In this document: in pieces, positions 31,110 to 33,915 of the stretch
Layout: each line of letters starts with the position of its first letter
Position numbering within the stretch: the first letter of the stretch is position 1
IMG/VR virus record: IMGVR_UViG_3300034815_000064
Span: 1-33,915 of that record
Origin: a virus
Lineage: Duplodnaviria > Caudoviricetes
Reading direction: 5' to 3' (one strand)
Length of the DNA stretch: 33,915 nt
Notes under the pieces: generated by a model
The model's database searches: none
Told to the model about the DNA's origin: nothing
What the model saw: the letters and a program-made list of their open reading frames with translations, nothing else
Translations under genes and position numbers: made by a program

Positions 31110-33915
31110 TTGCCGAGAACAAATCCTTTCCTGAGATACGAAGACTTGGGGAAGGAACCTCTGCATTAAACTCCTGCACCGCTTTCTGCACATCCAGCCT
31201 TCCCTGCTGATCCTTCTGGTGCACGGCTTCCCAGTAGTCCCGTGTCAGGCCTTCGCGGCGCTTAGTCCAGTAACCATGCTCCTCCACCTTCAACGCGTGG
31301 ATTTCTTGGTTCTTCGCCAGAATCGCCGGCCGAAATCCCATTGCTTGCCCTACGATTTCCTTTCCCGTAAGATCCCGTTTCTCCCCTGAATCCTCAACGG
31401 TGAGGCTTGCCCCTTGCCGCGTCTCTGCCCCATGTAGCGAATACTCAATCGCTTTCGCCACACTCCCCGCTGCACCTGGAAGATTATGCGCTAGCCGTTT
31501 CCCTATCGGTTCCTCTGAGAAGATCAACCCCAGTGCATTTTTTACTACCCCGCCAAGTGGCCCCGGCAGCGCCGTTGCCAACTGCCCAACCTTTTCCTCC
31601 GGACGTTGCCCCGTTCTTGTCAGCACATCCGTTCCTGGGATTGGTCGCCCAAGACTCAGTGATCCCGAAAGGTCGAACCCCCCGAGATTATGTGATAATC
31701 CATGCAGCGCCAGGTTCGAGTCCATCCCAGCACCCTCAACCATCTTCCTCATCTCAACGCGAAGGTTCTGCCCCTTGAACATTTTTCTCCAAACCCACTC
31801 GAGCAGATCCAGAATATTCGATCCTCCGGGAACCCCCTCCGCACCTCCGAGCAAGGCGAAGATCAGCCACATTCTGACGGTGAACCCCGCCAGCATACTC
31901 CTCGGCGTTTCCCCCCTTGCGAGTTGCCCCGCCCGAACTCCACGTTCATACCCTCCACTCATCAACCAGAGCATATGCTGCATGTACGAGAAGAAGATAA
32001 AGAAAATACTTTTCTTTCCCCTCAGCATTTCCGGCCGGTTCCCCGTTGCAAAGTCATTCTGCAACAGCCTCGTCTTCCGCTCGGCTTCCGAGTACGCCTC
32101 CGTTCTTGCGTCTGTCAAGTCAAGCCCCGCCGCCAGTCCATTCTGCAACTCCCCGCGAAACACCATCAGCATAGTCAGGCGTCGGTTGAGCATTTCGATC
32201 AGTTGAAAGGGTTTCATACCCAGATCGGTAAATGTTCTCCAGGCATTACCAACAAGGGTATTCTTCGTCATCCTGACAAGGTTTCCCGCGTTCGCCTGAC
32301 CCGCGAGAAAGTAGGCATAACTCTGATCCACGACACCATCGGTCAGTGCCTTATCCAGCATCCATCTTTCCGCATCTGACAGATTCCCAGATATCAAATC
32401 TTTACTCGCCTTTGCAAACAACGCATTTCCCCTGACATCCCCGTACTCCGAAGTCACGGCTGCCCAAGTCTGCAACATCCCCGTCAGGTTCATCGCGGCG
32501 GTCTTGATACTGTACATTAAGTAGAGCAGAGACACAGTGGCGCGAGTCTTGAAGAACTCCTCCGGCGGGTGCATAAGGTATTCCCGCGCCCTCGACATAA
32601 TACCCACGATCCTATCCAACTCGTGTATCTGCCTTTGTTTCTCCTCAATCGGTAAGCTGGATTTCTGCACCTGTGTAATGTCACTTCGCGTCATCGCTAT
32701 TGCATTGTTAAAGCGGCGGCGGTGTTCCAGTTTCGCGATAAAATTCGCATTGTGCCAACTCCAGTGGGCAAAGTTCCGCATCAGATCACTCGAGGCCCCA
32801 CGTACCTTATCCCCTGCGCGTTCATACCGAGAGTACAACTTACTCCCTTTGTTCGAGGTCATGGCTTCGCCAATTGCGATCAATTGCTCGTCGGAAAATT
32901 CCTTTGTGTCCGCGAGAGTTTGGAGAAAATCCTTCGGCAGACTCAGTACAACGTAAGTCGTATCATCCAGTTCCTTTTCTTTCAGTGTCTCCCCCGGCTT
33001 CAACAACTTTGTCATTTCCCGCGCCGCGCGTTGCCGCTCAGCCTTCGTTTCAAAGTGCTCGCGATGGACTACCTCAATCCGGCCGGTCTCCGGATTTCTT
33101 CCCTTAACCCACACTACGAAGCGGCCGAATCTCGTCTGCGGGATAAACGGCGTATTCCTCCACTTACGCGCCTCCCCCCTGATTTCATTTACGCGTAACT
33201 GCAGGGCCTGCGGAGCATTCGAGAACCTCTCCCTTGCAATCCCAATAGCCACTTCTTCCAGGGTTCCAATATGCTTGAGCAGTGAGTTCTTCACGTCCAG
33301 AAACAGTTGCTCCATCTCTAACCCTAAGGCGGACTCCGGGTCAAATCCGTGAGACTTACTCCATTCCTTATAGGCCGCCCCAGCCTCATGCACCCACACC
33401 CCGTTGCGCTGAACCAGTTCCGTAACGTGCCCGCCGGACAAGAACTCGTCCTGAAGCATTTTCGAAAGTTTCGCATTATTCTCAAAGCTCACCTTCTCCC
33501 ACCGTTTAACAATCTCGTCAGGAAACCTCAGCAGCGCGTTCTTCATATTCACCAGTTTCTGAAGGTAAATATTGAACAGTTGCAATCCGTCGTTCCCATT
33601 GGTAAAGGCTTTTTGCTGTACCTGGATAACAGCATCTTGTGCCCGATGGAAAAAGTGCAGTGCTTGCGTCGTCTTATCTGCCAGCCCAAGTCCCTTCGCC
33701 ATTTTCGCAAGCTTCCCCGCGGCCTTATACATCGCCAGGCCTTCTGGATTTTCCTTATCCCAGAACAGACTATCCGTCTTGTCGAAAGTTCCGACGTTAT
33801 TCTCGGCCTTGATCTGCTCCGGATCAAAGATCATATAGATCGTGTCGCCGGGGTGCGGGTCAGCAGCATTCTTAATAATCACCCCGTCATGCCCATCCGC
33901 AACTGCCTGATCCAG
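30991..33915 (-). CDS. Large polyvalent / internal virion protein, partial (ART-PolyVal-like end plus PLxRFG domain)
   Basis: The frame is open to the right edge (LDQAVADGHDGVIIKN...). GHDGVII...YMIFDPEQIK..NVGTFD matches the ART-PolyVal C-terminus, and FIPQTRFGRFVV is a PLxRFG-type motif followed by a long helical region. Confidence 0.78.
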   Translation of the reverse strand: MDQAVADGHDGVIIKNAADPHPGDTIYMIFDPEQIKAENNVGTFDKTDSLFWDKENPEGLAMYKAAGKLAKMAKGLGLADKTTQALHFFHRAQDAVIQVQQKAFTNGNDGLQLFNIYLQKLVNMKNALLRFPDEIVKRWEKVSFENNAKLSKMLQDEFLSGGHVTELVQRNGVWVHEAGAAYKEWSKSHGFDPESALGLEMEQLFLDVKNSLLKHIGTLEEVAIGIARERFSNAPQALQLRVNEIRGEARKWRNTPFIPQTRFGRFVVWVKGRNPETGRIEVVHREHFETKAERQRAAREMTKLLKPGETLKEKELDDTTYVVLSLPKDFLQTLADTKEFSDEQLIAIGEAMTSNKGSKLYSRYERAGDKVRGASSDLMRNFAHWSWHNANFIAKLEHRRRFNNAIAMTRSDITQVQKSSLPIEEKQRQIHELDRIVGIMSRAREYLMHPPEEFFKTRATVSLLYLMYSIKTAAMNLTGMLQTWAAVTSEYGDVRGNALFAKASKDLISGNLSDAERWMLDKALTDGVVDQSYAYFLAGQANAGNLVRMTKNTLVGNAWRTFTDLGMKPFQLIEMLNRRLTMLMVFRGELQNGLAAGLDLTDARTEAYSEAERKTRLLQNDFATGNRPEMLRGKKSIFFIFFSYMQHMLWLMSGGYERGVRAGQLARGETPRSMLAGFTVRMWLIFALLGGAEGVPGGSNILDLLEWVWRKMFKGQNLRVEMRKMVEGAGMDSNLALHGLSHNLGGFDLSGSLSLGRPIPGTDVLTRTGQRPEEKVGQLATALPGPLGGVVKNALGLIFSEEPIGKRLAHNLPGAAGSVAKAIEYSLHGAETRQGASLTVEDSGEKRDLTGKEIVGQAMGFRPAILAKNQEIHALKVEEHGYWTKRREGLTRDYWEAVHQKDQQGRLDVQKAVQEFNAEVPSPSLRISGKDLFSAIKSRQKAVSREEHGLSGVRKFAPIDREIEGLVRNDSTGD

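Noticed and set aside
31705-31730. GGTTCGAGTCC T-loop-like motif suggesting a tRNA
   Set aside because: It lies inside a long CDS and I cannot build a cloverleaf around it.
1-33915. Integrated prophage or host flanks
   Set aside because: No host genes, integrase or att-like tRNA fragment are present and the whole window is phage. Lifestyle cannot be settled because part of the genome is missing.

Overview
This window is most of a tailed dsDNA bacteriophage genome with a podovirus-like layout, cut inside the virion-gene arm at both ends. Minus strand 1-13374 is the morphogenesis operon: TerS-like gene, PD-(D/E)XK nuclease, glycosyltransferase-like gene, TerL, portal, scaffold, major capsid protein, an AT-richer three-gene cassette with a TIGR03790-like protein, a second glycosyltransferase, adaptor and tail fibre. 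A G-rich control and early region (about 13.4-17.2 kb) holds divergent sigma70-type promoters, two pairs of paralogous early genes, heptamer repeats and a roughly 270-bp imperfect inverted repeat around an A/T core. Plus strand 17.2-31.1 kb carries small accessory genes and then the DNA metabolism module: Cas4-like exonuclease, Sak4-like ATPase, SSB, dATP/dGTP diphosphohydrolase, ParB-methyltransferase fusion, UDG-fused family A polymerase with unusual active-site residues, and DUF3987 helicase-like protein. The right end is the 3' part of a large polyvalent ART-like plus PLxRFG protein on the minus strand. The most notable unexplained signals are five dispersed copies of a 29-bp 11-7-11 palindrome, the large inverted repeat, structured non-coding blocks around ssb, and two glycosyltransferases coupled into the structural operon. 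I recognised no integrase, RNA polymerase, primase, lysis gene, tRNA or CRISPR array. All family calls come from motif recognition by eye, not from database searches.
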